A DNA stretch of 64,000 bases. Origin: a virus (lineage: Duplodnaviria; Caudoviricetes). Positions 8,619 to 18,245 of this stretch are shown here, in pieces. Made by a program: the position numbers and the translations under genes. Position 1 is the first letter of the stretch. Each line of letters starts with the position of its first letter. The notes under the pieces are model-generated. The model was not told the DNA's origin. It made no database searches and saw only the letters and a list, made by a program, of their open reading frames with translations. The stretch is taken from positions 1 to 64,000 of the IMG/VR virus record IMGVR_UViG_3300020577_005315; one strand, given 5' to 3'.

Positions 8619-11600
8619 GTGGGCTACCTACTACAACAGTCGTCGACGACCCGACCCCTCCTGTTCCTAATGGTGTCGTCGACCGACCACATCACCCCTG
8701 TCACCGGCCTTACCCCCGTCGTTACGATCTCCAAGAACGGCGCGACTTTCGCTTCTCCCGCCGGCGCTGTGACTGAGGTGGGTAGTGGCTGGTACAAGGT
8801 AGCCGGAAACGCCACGGATACGGGTACTACCGGTCCGCTGGTGCTCCACGCCACTGGCGCCGGGTCTGACCCGTGCGACGATCGCTTCGAGGTCGTCGCG
8901 TTCAACCCGGACGACGCCACCCGACTAGGCATCACCGCTCTCCCTAATGCGGCTGCAGCCGCGTCGGGTGGTTTGCCCATTCTTGGTACGAACGCCACCG
9001 CCATCAGTTTCACCGGTGGCATGACGATCAGCAGCAGCACGGGCACCGCCTTGGCTTTGACGTCTTCGGGCGGCAACGGCAGCGGTCTGGCCGCTACGGG
9101 CAACGGCACCGGCCACGGCATGTCGTTGACGGGTGGTGCGACTGGTAACGGTCTCAACGCGGCTGGTGGTGCGACGTCGGGGCACGGCATCAACGTTTCC
9201 GCTACTGGAGCCGCGAAAAACGGGATTAACATTACGGCGGCTGGGGCCACCGGTAACGGCATTTTTGCGTCTGGTGGAACTGCCGGTAACGGCATGTCTC
9301 TGACGGCTGGTTCGTCGGGCGGTAGTGGTTTGCTTTTAACTGGCGGCGCTTCCGGTTTTGGTCTTTCGACGACGGGTCTGTACGGGTTCAATTTGGGCGG
9401 TAACACGTATGGCGTGTACTGCAACGGCCCGGCGATGTACACCAAGAGTTTGACGATCCAAGGAACAGCCGGCAACGCCGCTTTGACGCTGCAAGGCGGT
9501 AACGCGTCCGGAGCCACACCGGCCGGTGACGGCCTGGTCGCGATCGGCGGGGCGGCTAGTACGACGTCGGGCGGCGTCGCGGGTCGTGGTTTCGAACTGG
9601 TCGGCGGTGCGGGGGCGGCGTCCACGAACGGTGCGGGTGACGCTTTCTACGCAACTGGCGGCGGGACGACGACGGTGTCCGGCGGGGCCGGTATGTCGCT
9701 GGTCCATACGGGTTCGGCGTACGACTTCGACGCTACGACGACCCCGCTGTCCGTTGGCGGTGGCGGGGGCGGGAGCGATCCGTGGTTGACGACCCTTCCG
9801 GGTTCATACACTGCGGGTTCGGCCGGGTACATCCTGGGGACGTACCTTGACGCCGCGATCAGCAGTCGGTCGACGTACGCAGGAGGCGACACGTCTGGTA
9901 CGACGACGCTGCTCACTCGTATTCCGTCCAACCTCGCGATCTCGTCCGGCGGCGTTACAGTTGCTGGCTACGCGACCGGGCAGGACCCCGCCACACTGAC
10001 GCTAGCTACGCCCGCCAACAAGCTGGCCACCGACGTCAGCGGCCGCGTCACGGTAGGTACGAACGCCGACAAGACGGGCTACAGCCTGTCTCAGGCGTTC
10101 CCAGCGAACTTCTCCTCGCTGTCCGTCGACGCCAGCGGTCGAGTTGATGTCGGTAAGATCCTGGGTACGACTTCCGCGGGCGTCGCGGGGTATGTGGGCA
10201 TCGACTGGTCGCACGTCAACGCACCTACGACCGCCCTGGCCCTGACCAACACGACGATCAGTTCTGGGCAGCAAGTCGACCTGAACACGATCAAGACGCA
10301 GGCAGTGACCGCTGCGGCAGGCGTTACGTTCCCGGCGAGCATCGGGACGAGCACGCTGACTGCCGCCAACGTCTGGGACCTCGCCACGACCGGGCACACG
10401 ACGGCCGGGACGTTCGGGGCCGCAGTCGTAGCCGCGGGCAGCGCTGGCGACCCCTGGGCCACGTCTCTGCCTGGCGCGTATAGCGTGGGGACCGCTGGTT
10501 ACATTTTGGGGACCAACCTCAACGCGACCGTCAGCAGTCGGTCGACGTATGCTGGCGGCGACACGAGTGGCGTGACCACTCTACTTACACGTCTACCGTC
10601 GACGCTGACCGTCACAGGTGGCGGCGTCACCGTCGCAGGTTACTCGGCGAGCCAGGACCCGGCCTCGTACGTTCTGGCGACACCCGCCAACAAGCTGACC
10701 ACGGACTTGAGTGGTCGCGTGACGGTGGGGTCTAACGCTGACAAGACCGGGTACACGCTCACACAGACATTCCCGACTAACTTCGCGACGTTGTCGATCG
10801 ACGGTACGGGCCGCGTTACCGTCGGAACGAACGCCGACAAGACGGGTTACAGCCTGACCCAGACGTTCCCGGCCAACTTCGCGTCGCTGTCCGTCGACGT
10901 CAGCGGGCGCGTCGACGTTGGTAAGATTCTGGGCACTGCGTCCGCTGGTGCTGCCGGGTACGTCGGGATCGACTGGTCCCACGTCAACGCCCCGACGTCG
11001 CCTCTCGCACTCACCAACACGACGATCGCGCCCGTAAGCGTCTCGGGCACGCCGTCCGTCAACGTGACGCAGATTGCGGGTCAGACGGCCTCCGCCGCGG
11101 CCCCCGTCACGTTCCCGGCCTCGATCGGCACGAGCACCTATGCCGGGGCCGACACGCCTGGCACGACGACGTTGCTGGGTCGCGTCAGCGCCCCTGTGGC
11201 TCTCGCCGGAACCGCCCCCGCATGGTACTCGACGGCTCCGGACTCCACGGCTGTTGCAGGCGCAGTATGGAACGCACTGACCGCGAACTACAACTCTCTG
11301 GGCACGTTCGGTCACGCGCTACAAGGCATCAGCGCCGCGGCCGACCCGTGGACGACGTCACTGCCTGGCAGTTACGCCCCAGGTACGGCGGGTCACATTA
11401 TCGGCAACCAGCTGGATGTCGCGGTCTCGTCGCGTATGCCCGACGGTGCAACGGTGGAAGCCACGCTGGTTGCGTCCGCCCTGGACTCCATCGCGGTCGC
11501 GTCGGGGCTGGGGTCCAGGTTCACTGACGAGAACGGTCAGCCTCTGGGTACGATGAACCTACGTCAGGCCGTTTCCGCGTTGCTGGCTGTCTTGATTGGC

Positions 11601-11720
11601 GACCGCGTCGGGGTCGGCACCCGCGAGATCACCGCACAAATCCCGGGCGATCCGACGAAGGTCACCGCCGACCGCGTCAGCAAGAGCGTCATCCAGTCCA
11701 CCGTCCAAGTCAGGAGTTAA
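8619..11720 (+). CDS. Gly/Ala/Thr-rich fibre-like virion protein with internal repeats
   Basis: 1033 aa; N-terminal 'TGLTPVVTISKNG..EVGSGWY' domain, Gly-rich 13-15 aa repeats and a duplicated C-terminal block. Confidence 0.65.
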   Translation: MGYLLQQSSTTRPLLFLMVSSTDHITPVTGLTPVVTISKNGATFASPAGAVTEVGSGWYKVAGNATDTGTTGPLVLHATGAGSDPCDDRFEVVAFNPDDATRLGITALPNAAAAASGGLPILGTNATAISFTGGMTISSSTGTALALTSSGGNGSGLAATGNGTGHGMSLTGGATGNGLNAAGGATSGHGINVSATGAAKNGINITAAGATGNGIFASGGTAGNGMSLTAGSSGGSGLLLTGGASGFGLSTTGLYGFNLGGNTYGVYCNGPAMYTKSLTIQGTAGNAALTLQGGNASGATPAGDGLVAIGGAASTTSGGVAGRGFELVGGAGAASTNGAGDAFYATGGGTTTVSGGAGMSLVHTGSAYDFDATTTPLSVGGGGGGSDPWLTTLPGSYTAGSAGYILGTYLDAAISSRSTYAGGDTSGTTTLLTRIPSNLAISSGGVTVAGYATGQDPATLTLATPANKLATDVSGRVTVGTNADKTGYSLSQAFPANFSSLSVDASGRVDVGKILGTTSAGVAGYVGIDWSHVNAPTTALALTNTTISSGQQVDLNTIKTQAVTAAAGVTFPASIGTSTLTAANVWDLATTGHTTAGTFGAAVVAAGSAGDPWATSLPGAYSVGTAGYILGTNLNATVSSRSTYAGGDTSGVTTLLTRLPSTLTVTGGGVTVAGYSASQDPASYVLATPANKLTTDLSGRVTVGSNADKTGYTLTQTFPTNFATLSIDGTGRVTVGTNADKTGYSLTQTFPANFASLSVDVSGRVDVGKILGTASAGAAGYVGIDWSHVNAPTSPLALTNTTIAPVSVSGTPSVNVTQIAGQTASAAAPVTFPASIGTSTYAGADTPGTTTLLGRVSAPVALAGTAPAWYSTAPDSTAVAGAVWNALTANYNSLGTFGHALQGISAAADPWTTSLPGSYAPGTAGHIIGNQLDVAVSSRMPDGATVEATLVASALDSIAVASGLGSRFTDENGQPLGTMNLRQAVSALLAVLIGDRVGVGTREITAQIPGDPTKVTADRVSKSVIQSTVQVRS
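9777..11030 (+). repeat. Long internal tandem duplication in the fibre gene
   Basis: Two copies of 'DPW.T.LPG.Y..G.AGYILGT..SSRSTYAGGDTSG..LATPANKL..NADKTGY.L.Q.FP.NF..YVGIDWSHVNAPT..LALTNTTI' at about 9777-10260 and 10449-11030; the second copy has an extra 'NADKTGY..FP.NF' unit. Confidence 0.85.
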
Positions 11721-11721
11721 C

Positions 11722-12693
11722 ATGGCCGACCCCACCGACCCTGACGCAACACTGCTGACCGATTACTTCGGGCCTCTGGAGCCCGTCTGGGCCCCGGATA
11801 ACACGGTGACAGACGGTAAGCGTCTCACCGTTGTCCCCGTCGCGAAGCTGTACGGCGACCCGCTCTATGGTAAGATCCGTGGGGTAAGGGTCGACCAGGG
11901 TACGAACACGTGGCTGCAGTACGTCCCGTACTCTCAACAGACCGGCGCGCCCCTCGCGATCTCCGTGGGCGGGTACTCGACTCCGCCCACGGTCGAGGTG
12001 CGGTATCGCGAAGCCAGTGGGACGCTCCCGAGCATCTTCGTTCCGGACACAGGTGACACGCCCGCGTTAGCCTCGGACGGCCGTAGCGTGTACCTACCCC
12101 TACCCGTCGAGCTCAAGGACGGTCCGGGTGTGTACAACGCACAAATGATGGTGCGGGACGGGAGCGGTCAGGAACGCTTGAGAGGTGACTTTTACGTCAT
12201 CGTCGACCGCGGGATGTGGGATTCGACGGGTGGAGCACCCAACGACAGCGGTCCCGTCACCGTCCAGGAGATTCAGAACGCCCTGCGGGACCACCCAGGT
12301 GCCAACCGTCTGCTGGGCAACTTCGAGTTCGACCTGGCCGAGATCGCTCAGTGCATCGTGTCCGCGGTCCAGACGTTCAACACGACGTCGCCGCTGGGTT
12401 GCCCCGCGCTATCTACGCGGAACTTCCCGACGCAGTGGCGACGCAACATGCTGGACGGGTGCATGTCGTACCTGTGGGAGACGGCCTCGACGTACTTCCG
12501 CCGCGGCGACTTGCAGTACCAGGCCGGCGGTGCAGCCGTGGCTGACCTGGCCAAGAATCGTGACTACTCCGAGGCCGCGATGATGTACCGTGAGCGGTAC
12601 AACAAGTGGTGTCGTGAGGTGAAGACGCGGGCTTCGATCGACGCGGGTTGGGGTGCACTCGGCAGCGGGTCCACCTGGTACGGCGCGGTCTAA
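11722..12693 (+). CDS. Putative head-tail adaptor/neck protein
   Basis: ATG after AGGAG; C-terminal helical 'LRDHPGANRLL..FEF..EI..' and 'LQYQAGG.AV.D' pattern; position in the structural module. Confidence 0.5.
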   Translation: MADPTDPDATLLTDYFGPLEPVWAPDNTVTDGKRLTVVPVAKLYGDPLYGKIRGVRVDQGTNTWLQYVPYSQQTGAPLAISVGGYSTPPTVEVRYREASGTLPSIFVPDTGDTPALASDGRSVYLPLPVELKDGPGVYNAQMMVRDGSGQERLRGDFYVIVDRGMWDSTGGAPNDSGPVTVQEIQNALRDHPGANRLLGNFEFDLAEIAQCIVSAVQTFNTTSPLGCPALSTRNFPTQWRRNMLDGCMSYLWETASTYFRRGDLQYQAGGAAVADLAKNRDYSEAAMMYRERYNKWCREVKTRASIDAGWGALGSGSTWYGAV

Positions 12694-12705
12694 CCGGACG
12701 GACGC

Positions 12706-14163
12706 ATGACTCTCCCACTGGCTACGTACTACACGACCGCTTACGGCCCCGGGCAGACCGTCGATCAGTCGGTCCCATCCCGGTCGTTGGGTGGGTACGC
12801 GGCCACCAACCAGTGGAACGGCGGCGTACAGTTCGACCTGTTCAACACCGCCCAGGACACGGACGTCGTCAACAGCCGCCCCGACTACCGGGCGGTGTAC
12901 GTCTATAACCCGGACCCGTCTCACACCTACACGGACGTCCGCGTCTACGTCATCCCTCGCACGCCGGGTGCGACCAACTTCTTCCCGGCGGTCGACCCGA
13001 TGCCGCCGAGCTACATCGACAGCACGTCGCCTCAGGGCGTCGACGTCTCGACCCCGTACACCGCACCAGTCGGCATCACGTTCGGCAACAGCGCCCTCAG
13101 CTACGGCACCGGCGTATCAATCGGCGACCTGGTCCCACAGTCGGGGCGGATGGTGTGGTTGCGTCGCGTTCCTTTAGCCACTGGCGGTCCCCAGGATACG
13201 GTCGACGTCGTCTTCCAAGCGGCGGACCTGTCGTCGCTGTCCCGACGCGTGTACTGGGAAACGGTCACGACGACCGTCAGTCAGTACCAGCCGTCGCTCA
13301 TCCCCGGCTACGTCCCGACGTCCACGCCGTTCACGGACGTTAAGGTCGACTTCATGTCCACCGGCGGCACCCGCGTCACCTGGCAACTCAGCAACCAGAT
13401 GGTCGACGGCGGTGTGTACACTTACCAACTGCAAGTCGCCCAGACGGGCACCGCCGCTAGCGATGACTGGATCAATGTAGGCGCCCCGGCCGTTGACGCC
13501 CCGGCGCTGTACGACGCGGAGCAGCGGATCTGGGGCATGACGCCCACCATCGCTTACCGCGTGGTACTCACGACCGACGGCGGTCAGTACACGTCGCCGC
13601 CCGCGCAAGCGTTCGGCCTATTAACCGTCAAGGACACACTCCTGCGGACCGAGATGATCCGCAAGGAGACGCTCAGTCTGCGAACCCTTACGGGCGTCAA
13701 CGGTTACCTACTGAAGGCCCGCAGGTACGGAACGCGGTGCTCGTGCGTCGACCCTGTGACGTTCGAGATCACCAACTCCTCCTGCCCCACGTGTTACGGC
13801 GTCGGGTTCGTCGGCGGCTACTACGCCCCGGTCTATTTGACTTTCGCCTCCATTCCGGGGAAGAAGGCCACGGAGCGGGTGCTGTACAACGAGACGCTGG
13901 GGACGGATCGCCCCGTTACTCTTAGGGGTCGGATGCCGGCGGACACCCTCATCTCCGCCCGTGACGCGTGGTGCGCCGTAGGTAGCGACGACCGTTACTA
14001 CGTCCACGAGATTGAGGAAAAGGTCGCGTGGCGAGGATACCCGGTTATTTACGACGTCGAGCTAAGATTGGCTCCCAGATCGAACATTCTTTACACCTTT
14101 GAACTCACTCGTCCGACCACGCCGCTGCCGCCCTACGCCCAACCCGAAGTCCTACAACTCTAA
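12706..14163 (+). CDS. Putative neck/head-closure protein with Zn-finger
   Basis: 'RCSC...CPTCYGVGFVGGY' motif as seen in large-phage neck proteins. Confidence 0.5.
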   Translation: MTLPLATYYTTAYGPGQTVDQSVPSRSLGGYAATNQWNGGVQFDLFNTAQDTDVVNSRPDYRAVYVYNPDPSHTYTDVRVYVIPRTPGATNFFPAVDPMPPSYIDSTSPQGVDVSTPYTAPVGITFGNSALSYGTGVSIGDLVPQSGRMVWLRRVPLATGGPQDTVDVVFQAADLSSLSRRVYWETVTTTVSQYQPSLIPGYVPTSTPFTDVKVDFMSTGGTRVTWQLSNQMVDGGVYTYQLQVAQTGTAASDDWINVGAPAVDAPALYDAEQRIWGMTPTIAYRVVLTTDGGQYTSPPAQAFGLLTVKDTLLRTEMIRKETLSLRTLTGVNGYLLKARRYGTRCSCVDPVTFEITNSSCPTCYGVGFVGGYYAPVYLTFASIPGKKATERVLYNETLGTDRPVTLRGRMPADTLISARDAWCAVGSDDRYYVHEIEEKVAWRGYPVIYDVELRLAPRSNILYTFELTRPTTPLPPYAQPEVLQL

Positions 14164-14166
14164 CCG

Positions 14167-14197
14167 CTAAATAACAAGCACTCCGGTGTCATAATTA
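14167..14197 (+). promoter_or_regulatory. Putative phage promoter CTAAATA-N14-GTCATAATTA (copy 1)
   Basis: Identical boxes and spacing to 45937-45967; both copies head non-structural gene islands. Confidence 0.7.
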
Positions 14198-14254
14198 CAG
14201 GATGGAGGGGATCGTCCCTTTCGTCCTGTACCCGTCTACACGCCCGGAGTACGC

Positions 14255-15022
14255 ATGTCTAACGACTCGCCTACGTACGACCCCGACAGGCCCCACATCC
14301 GCGGGTGCGCCCGCAAAGTCCTGGAGATCCTCGCGCTTCTCCCCTCGACCCACCTCGGCCTGACGGCGAATGGGATTCTCCGGCGGACGCCCGAGGCGCT
14401 GCAGATGAGCAGCCTCAAGATGTTGTCCCGCGTGATCGCTCGGTATGCGCGGCGTGGGTGTATCGCGTCGCGGCTCTCTGGTCCCAACTCCCGGCGGCGC
14501 GTCTACAGTATCACGGACAAAGGACGACAAACGCTGACCGACGCCGGCAACGGCCTGACCATGCACGCGCGGACGACACGGTCGGCCTCGCGTCCCGCCG
14601 CGACTCGCCGGCGTGCTTCAACCCCGTCGAGGGCTCCGACGCCGACCACGGTGGTGAGTCAGTCGCCGCTTCAGACGTCAGCTCCCCTGGTGCCCGTGCC
14701 TGGGGTGTACGCGACGACGACCGTCCTGTCCGCCCGCCCGGTGGTGTTCGTCATGACGCCGCGCACCCACCTCGTCGAACCCGCCGTCGAGCCCCAGGCA
14801 GTCGACGCCTCGATCCGGAGCGTCGTCGCCGCCTGCGAGTACCAGGCCGGAGACAGGGTCTGGCTCAAGTCGAAGCCGGACGCCATCGAACACCCGTTCG
14901 TCGTGATCGGCCACACCATCGTGGTGAGCGGCCGGAACGTCGCCGTCAACCTCGTCGTGCGCGAGCACGGCAGCACCCGGATCCTCGACGCCAAGATCGA
15001 GGATTGCACCCGCGCCGTCTAG
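14255..15022 (+). CDS. Winged-helix DNA-binding protein with C-terminal SH3-like domain
   Basis: 'RRRVYSITDKGRQTL' resembles a PadR/MarR wing; Pro/Thr linker; 'YQAGDRVWLKS'. Confidence 0.6.
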   Translation: MSNDSPTYDPDRPHIRGCARKVLEILALLPSTHLGLTANGILRRTPEALQMSSLKMLSRVIARYARRGCIASRLSGPNSRRRVYSITDKGRQTLTDAGNGLTMHARTTRSASRPAATRRRASTPSRAPTPTTVVSQSPLQTSAPLVPVPGVYATTTVLSARPVVFVMTPRTHLVEPAVEPQAVDASIRSVVAACEYQAGDRVWLKSKPDAIEHPFVVIGHTIVVSGRNVAVNLVVREHGSTRILDAKIEDCTRAV

Positions 15023-15057
15023 TCTAACCGTCAACACGGAAATAGGGGGGACCTACG

Positions 15058-15246
15058 ATGAGCAGCCGGAAAGCCAAGAAGGTCGAAGAGCGGCGTACCA
15101 AGCGCCTGCACCAGTCCACGTTCACCTTCCCCTGGGACGACGTCCCCATCCACCTGGGGACGCCGACCAAGCGGAAGCCCCGCAAGACCGACAACGACGA
15201 GGACTACCAGCTCGACGCCGAGCACCTGATCGACATGATTAGCTGA
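15058..15246 (+). CDS. Small basic hypothetical protein
   Basis: AGGGGG SD; high GC3. Confidence 0.55.
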   Translation: MSSRKAKKVEERRTKRLHQSTFTFPWDDVPIHLGTPTKRKPRKTDNDEDYQLDAEHLIDMIS

Positions 15247-15293
15247 CTCACACTTTCGCGTCCGCAGCACTATCACCACCCACAAGGACGACC

Positions 15294-16919
15294 ATGCAGA
15301 CCGAAATCCTCGGCGTCGATCACGACGCCGATTACCAGACGTTCCGGGCGTCCGTCGCCCAGAGCGTTCTGACGACCAACGTCGACGACGCGTTGTGCGT
15401 CGCTCAGGTCGACTACAACATGCTCTGGAAGGCGTACCTCGACGGCATCCCCGCCGAGCACCGCCAGCACTACAACTGTAGTGCGTGCAGGCACTTCTTC
15501 AAGCACTACGGCAGCCTCGTCCTGGTCGACGCGGACGGCCGGAAGAAATCGGCGGTATGGGGGTCGGGCGTAAAGGGCATGTTCGGCCCGATCGCCGCCC
15601 AGCTGGCCGAGGTCGTGCGGAACGCGCCGGTCAAGGCAGTGTTCGCGACCAAGGAGTCCGTCTGCGGCCACCCGCAGAACTTCGGCCGCGACGGGCAGAC
15701 GTGGACGCACTACTCGTGCGTACTCCCTGCGAGTCGCGTCGTGACCGACCCGCTCGTCATGCCGGGCCGTGTGCGGGCCGAGAGCATGGAAGCCTACACC
15801 AGCGTCAGCCGGGTGTACCAGGCGATCGAGCTCAAGACGATCCAGACGGCGTACGACCTGGCCGACCAGGGCCGCCTGAACCGGTCGGGCGTCAACAAGG
15901 CGTCGCTGGAGTGGTTACTGGCTCTGCACGCCGGGGCCGGAGCGACGCTGGAGACCCGCATCTGGTACGGCGTGGCCAAGAACCCCGCCCTGCTCCACCT
16001 GCGAGGGTCGGCCCTGGGGCAGCTGCTGGAGGACCTCCAGAACAGCAGGGTGACGGTCGACCGGGCCGTCAACGTCTACAACGACCGCACCGGCACCGGG
16101 TACCGGGTGGCGACGGCGCCGCCCAAGATCGGCAGCGTCCGCAACGCCGAGCGGATCGTGACCGGGCTGGGGGTGGACGCGTCGCTGAAGCGGCGGTTCG
16201 CCAAGGTGGAGGAGCTGCAGAAGCTCTGGGAGCCGAAGCCGAAGGCCCCCACCGCCGGCACGGGCGGGGTGTTCGGCGGTGTGGTGGTGCGGGCGCAGGC
16301 GGGTGTGTCGTCGGGGCCGGTGTCGGCGACCCCCGTGCGGATGACGTGGCAGAAGTTCGCGCAGACGCTCCTGCCGTCCGCCGGTAAGATCCAGTTCCGG
16401 GTCCGACAGGACCGGGTCAGTTGCCACTGGGGCGCGTTCACGGCCCCGCTCGCGGCAAACGACCCGCCGATCTTCGCGTGGGACGACCCCCACAACAGGA
16501 ACCCGTACGGGTTCTTCGCGTGGGCGTGTCGGGATGATGGTCCCAAGATCGTGGGATTCCGGGACGGACAGGTCGTCGACGTGACGGGGGTGGCCTATAC
16601 CCCGTCCATCTGGAACGGCAAGACGTGGGGGCACGACCACGGGGTCGTGTTCACCCTCGACGGCGCCCGCTTCCAGGCCGACTGGGGGATGGCGCTCTTC
16701 CCGGTCGAGCTGCGGACGGAGCTCCAGCCGGCCCGCGCGACCATCACGGCGTTCTCCAAGGCCAACAACCTGGCCGACCGCGCCGACGCCACCGCGGTGG
16801 GGTTCTACCTGCAGAACCGCACCACCACGCCGAAGGGCGCCCCGTTCGTTCAGGAGGCCCACCTGAACGTGTACACCAACGTCGGCAACCAGTACGTCGT
16901 CATCGACCGCTGGGACTGA
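15294..16919 (+). CDS. Hypothetical phage protein with CxxC/His motif
   Basis: AAGGA SD; 'HYNCSACRHF' and 'WTHY' motifs; high GC3. Confidence 0.7.
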   Translation: MQTEILGVDHDADYQTFRASVAQSVLTTNVDDALCVAQVDYNMLWKAYLDGIPAEHRQHYNCSACRHFFKHYGSLVLVDADGRKKSAVWGSGVKGMFGPIAAQLAEVVRNAPVKAVFATKESVCGHPQNFGRDGQTWTHYSCVLPASRVVTDPLVMPGRVRAESMEAYTSVSRVYQAIELKTIQTAYDLADQGRLNRSGVNKASLEWLLALHAGAGATLETRIWYGVAKNPALLHLRGSALGQLLEDLQNSRVTVDRAVNVYNDRTGTGYRVATAPPKIGSVRNAERIVTGLGVDASLKRRFAKVEELQKLWEPKPKAPTAGTGGVFGGVVVRAQAGVSSGPVSATPVRMTWQKFAQTLLPSAGKIQFRVRQDRVSCHWGAFTAPLAANDPPIFAWDDPHNRNPYGFFAWACRDDGPKIVGFRDGQVVDVTGVAYTPSIWNGKTWGHDHGVVFTLDGARFQADWGMALFPVELRTELQPARATITAFSKANNLADRADATAVGFYLQNRTTTPKGAPFVQEAHLNVYTNVGNQYVVIDRWD

Positions 16920-17128
16920 CTCCTCCAACGTCCACAGAAGGGGGGTGATGTACTCTGCCGGGAGCCATGTGTAGTAGGTGCAAGGGTTACCACTCGCCAA
17001 TGGAGCCCTGTGCCTACCAGTAGATTCGCCCGAGTGGGTTGAGTGACTCGCTCGGGCGAACATGACAACTATTCTGATCCCCGCGACGGCCAATCGGCCG
17101 TCGCTTTCTTTTATTCGTGGAGACGCCT

Positions 17129-17992
17129 GTGAAGCTCGAGACCCTCGAAGGCCGCGAAGTCCCCGCCGTCATCGGCACCGCCGGCGACCTGTTCACCGTC
17201 AACCCGGCGGACATCCCGACCGGCGTGACCCCGCTCCCCGCCGGCGCGTTCGTCGGCACACCCGACGGCACCGTCGGGCAGCTGCAGGCGTTCCTGAACC
17301 CGAACGACCTGTCCCAGCTCTACAACGTCAAGTTCGCGATGACTCCCGGCCTGGCCGGACGCGTCGAGATCTCCACGTACGAGGGCGTCGTCGTCTACAA
17401 CGGGTTCCCGTTCGGCGACGACGCGCGCTACGGTGGGACGATCGCCGTCATACGCGCCCAGCCGGGTGAGGCCAACCGTCTCGCGTTCGGCATGCCCGGG
17501 GCGGGCGCCGGCCCGCGCGTCGGCATCCTGGCGCTCACAAGCGTTTCGACCGACCCGCCCCGCGTCGAGATGGTCCAGAGCTTCTTCGCCCTGGACGCCG
17601 AGTACCGCGGGGGCATCAAGATCCAGTCGTGCCCGGAGGGTATGAACGGGCCGGCCGCCCTGCTGTGCCTGCCCGGGGCCGGGGGCGGGCCCGTGTGTAC
17701 GATCATCGACGTGAACACGGGCGTGATCAAGGCCACGGTCCTGGCCGGCCCCGCCGACGACCGGTCCGGCGACTACCACTTCCCCTCGCAGGGCAGCGGC
17801 GTGTCGTCCCCGTACGTCGACGGCGTCCCGACGGTGTGGTCCTTCATCGTCGGCCGCGGGTACCACGCCGCCACCGCGACCGAGCCGCCGCGGTTCGACA
17901 GCGTCAAGGCGTTCAGCATCGACCCGATGTCGGAGCAGTACCCGATCGGCGCCGACGTCACCGTCCTGTTCGACGCGCTCAAGCTCGACTAG
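17129..17992 (+). CDS. Planctomycete-type extracellular protein (LEPR-XLL/Planc_extracel N-terminal motif plus FG-GAP-like repeats)
   Basis: GTG 17129 after GGAG gives MKLETLEGREVPA; repeats 'FPFGDDARYGGTIAV..PGAGAGPRV' and 'FFALDAEYRGGIKI..PGAGGGPV'. Confidence 0.75.
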   Translation: MKLETLEGREVPAVIGTAGDLFTVNPADIPTGVTPLPAGAFVGTPDGTVGQLQAFLNPNDLSQLYNVKFAMTPGLAGRVEISTYEGVVVYNGFPFGDDARYGGTIAVIRAQPGEANRLAFGMPGAGAGPRVGILALTSVSTDPPRVEMVQSFFALDAEYRGGIKIQSCPEGMNGPAALLCLPGAGGGPVCTIIDVNTGVIKATVLAGPADDRSGDYHFPSQGSGVSSPYVDGVPTVWSFIVGRGYHAATATEPPRFDSVKAFSIDPMSEQYPIGADVTVLFDALKLD

Positions 17993-18001
17993 CGGGGCGA
18001 C

Positions 18002-18217
18002 GTGATGACCCGTTCTGTTACACGAGACCCGCACGGACTTGTGGTCACTGGTGCGGAAGAACGGGGGGCTGACGGTTTCATACACATCGTCAGCCCCCCG
18101 TTCGCCTATATCAGCCCCCCGTCCGCCAGTAATCGTAATTACCGGGAATACTACCGCGTGTGGTGGTGTTTACCGTTCGGGGGCTCGTGGCTATTCGTTC
18201 AGGACGAGGAAGGTTGA
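18002..18217 (+). CDS. DEEG-tag family protein (array 1, #1)
   Basis: Ends VWWCLPFGGSWLFVQDEEG*. Confidence 0.7.
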   Translation: MMTRSVTRDPHGLVVTGAEERGADGFIHIVSPPFAYISPPSASNRNYREYYRVWWCLPFGGSWLFVQDEEG

Positions 18218-18245
18218 CCCGTGGAGTACTACTGAGGATCCGTGA

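Noticed and set aside
17062-17469. 135-aa ORF overlapping the planctomycete-type gene
   Set aside because: Arg-rich shadow frame; the 17129 frame has the SD, GC3 bias and recognisable motifs.
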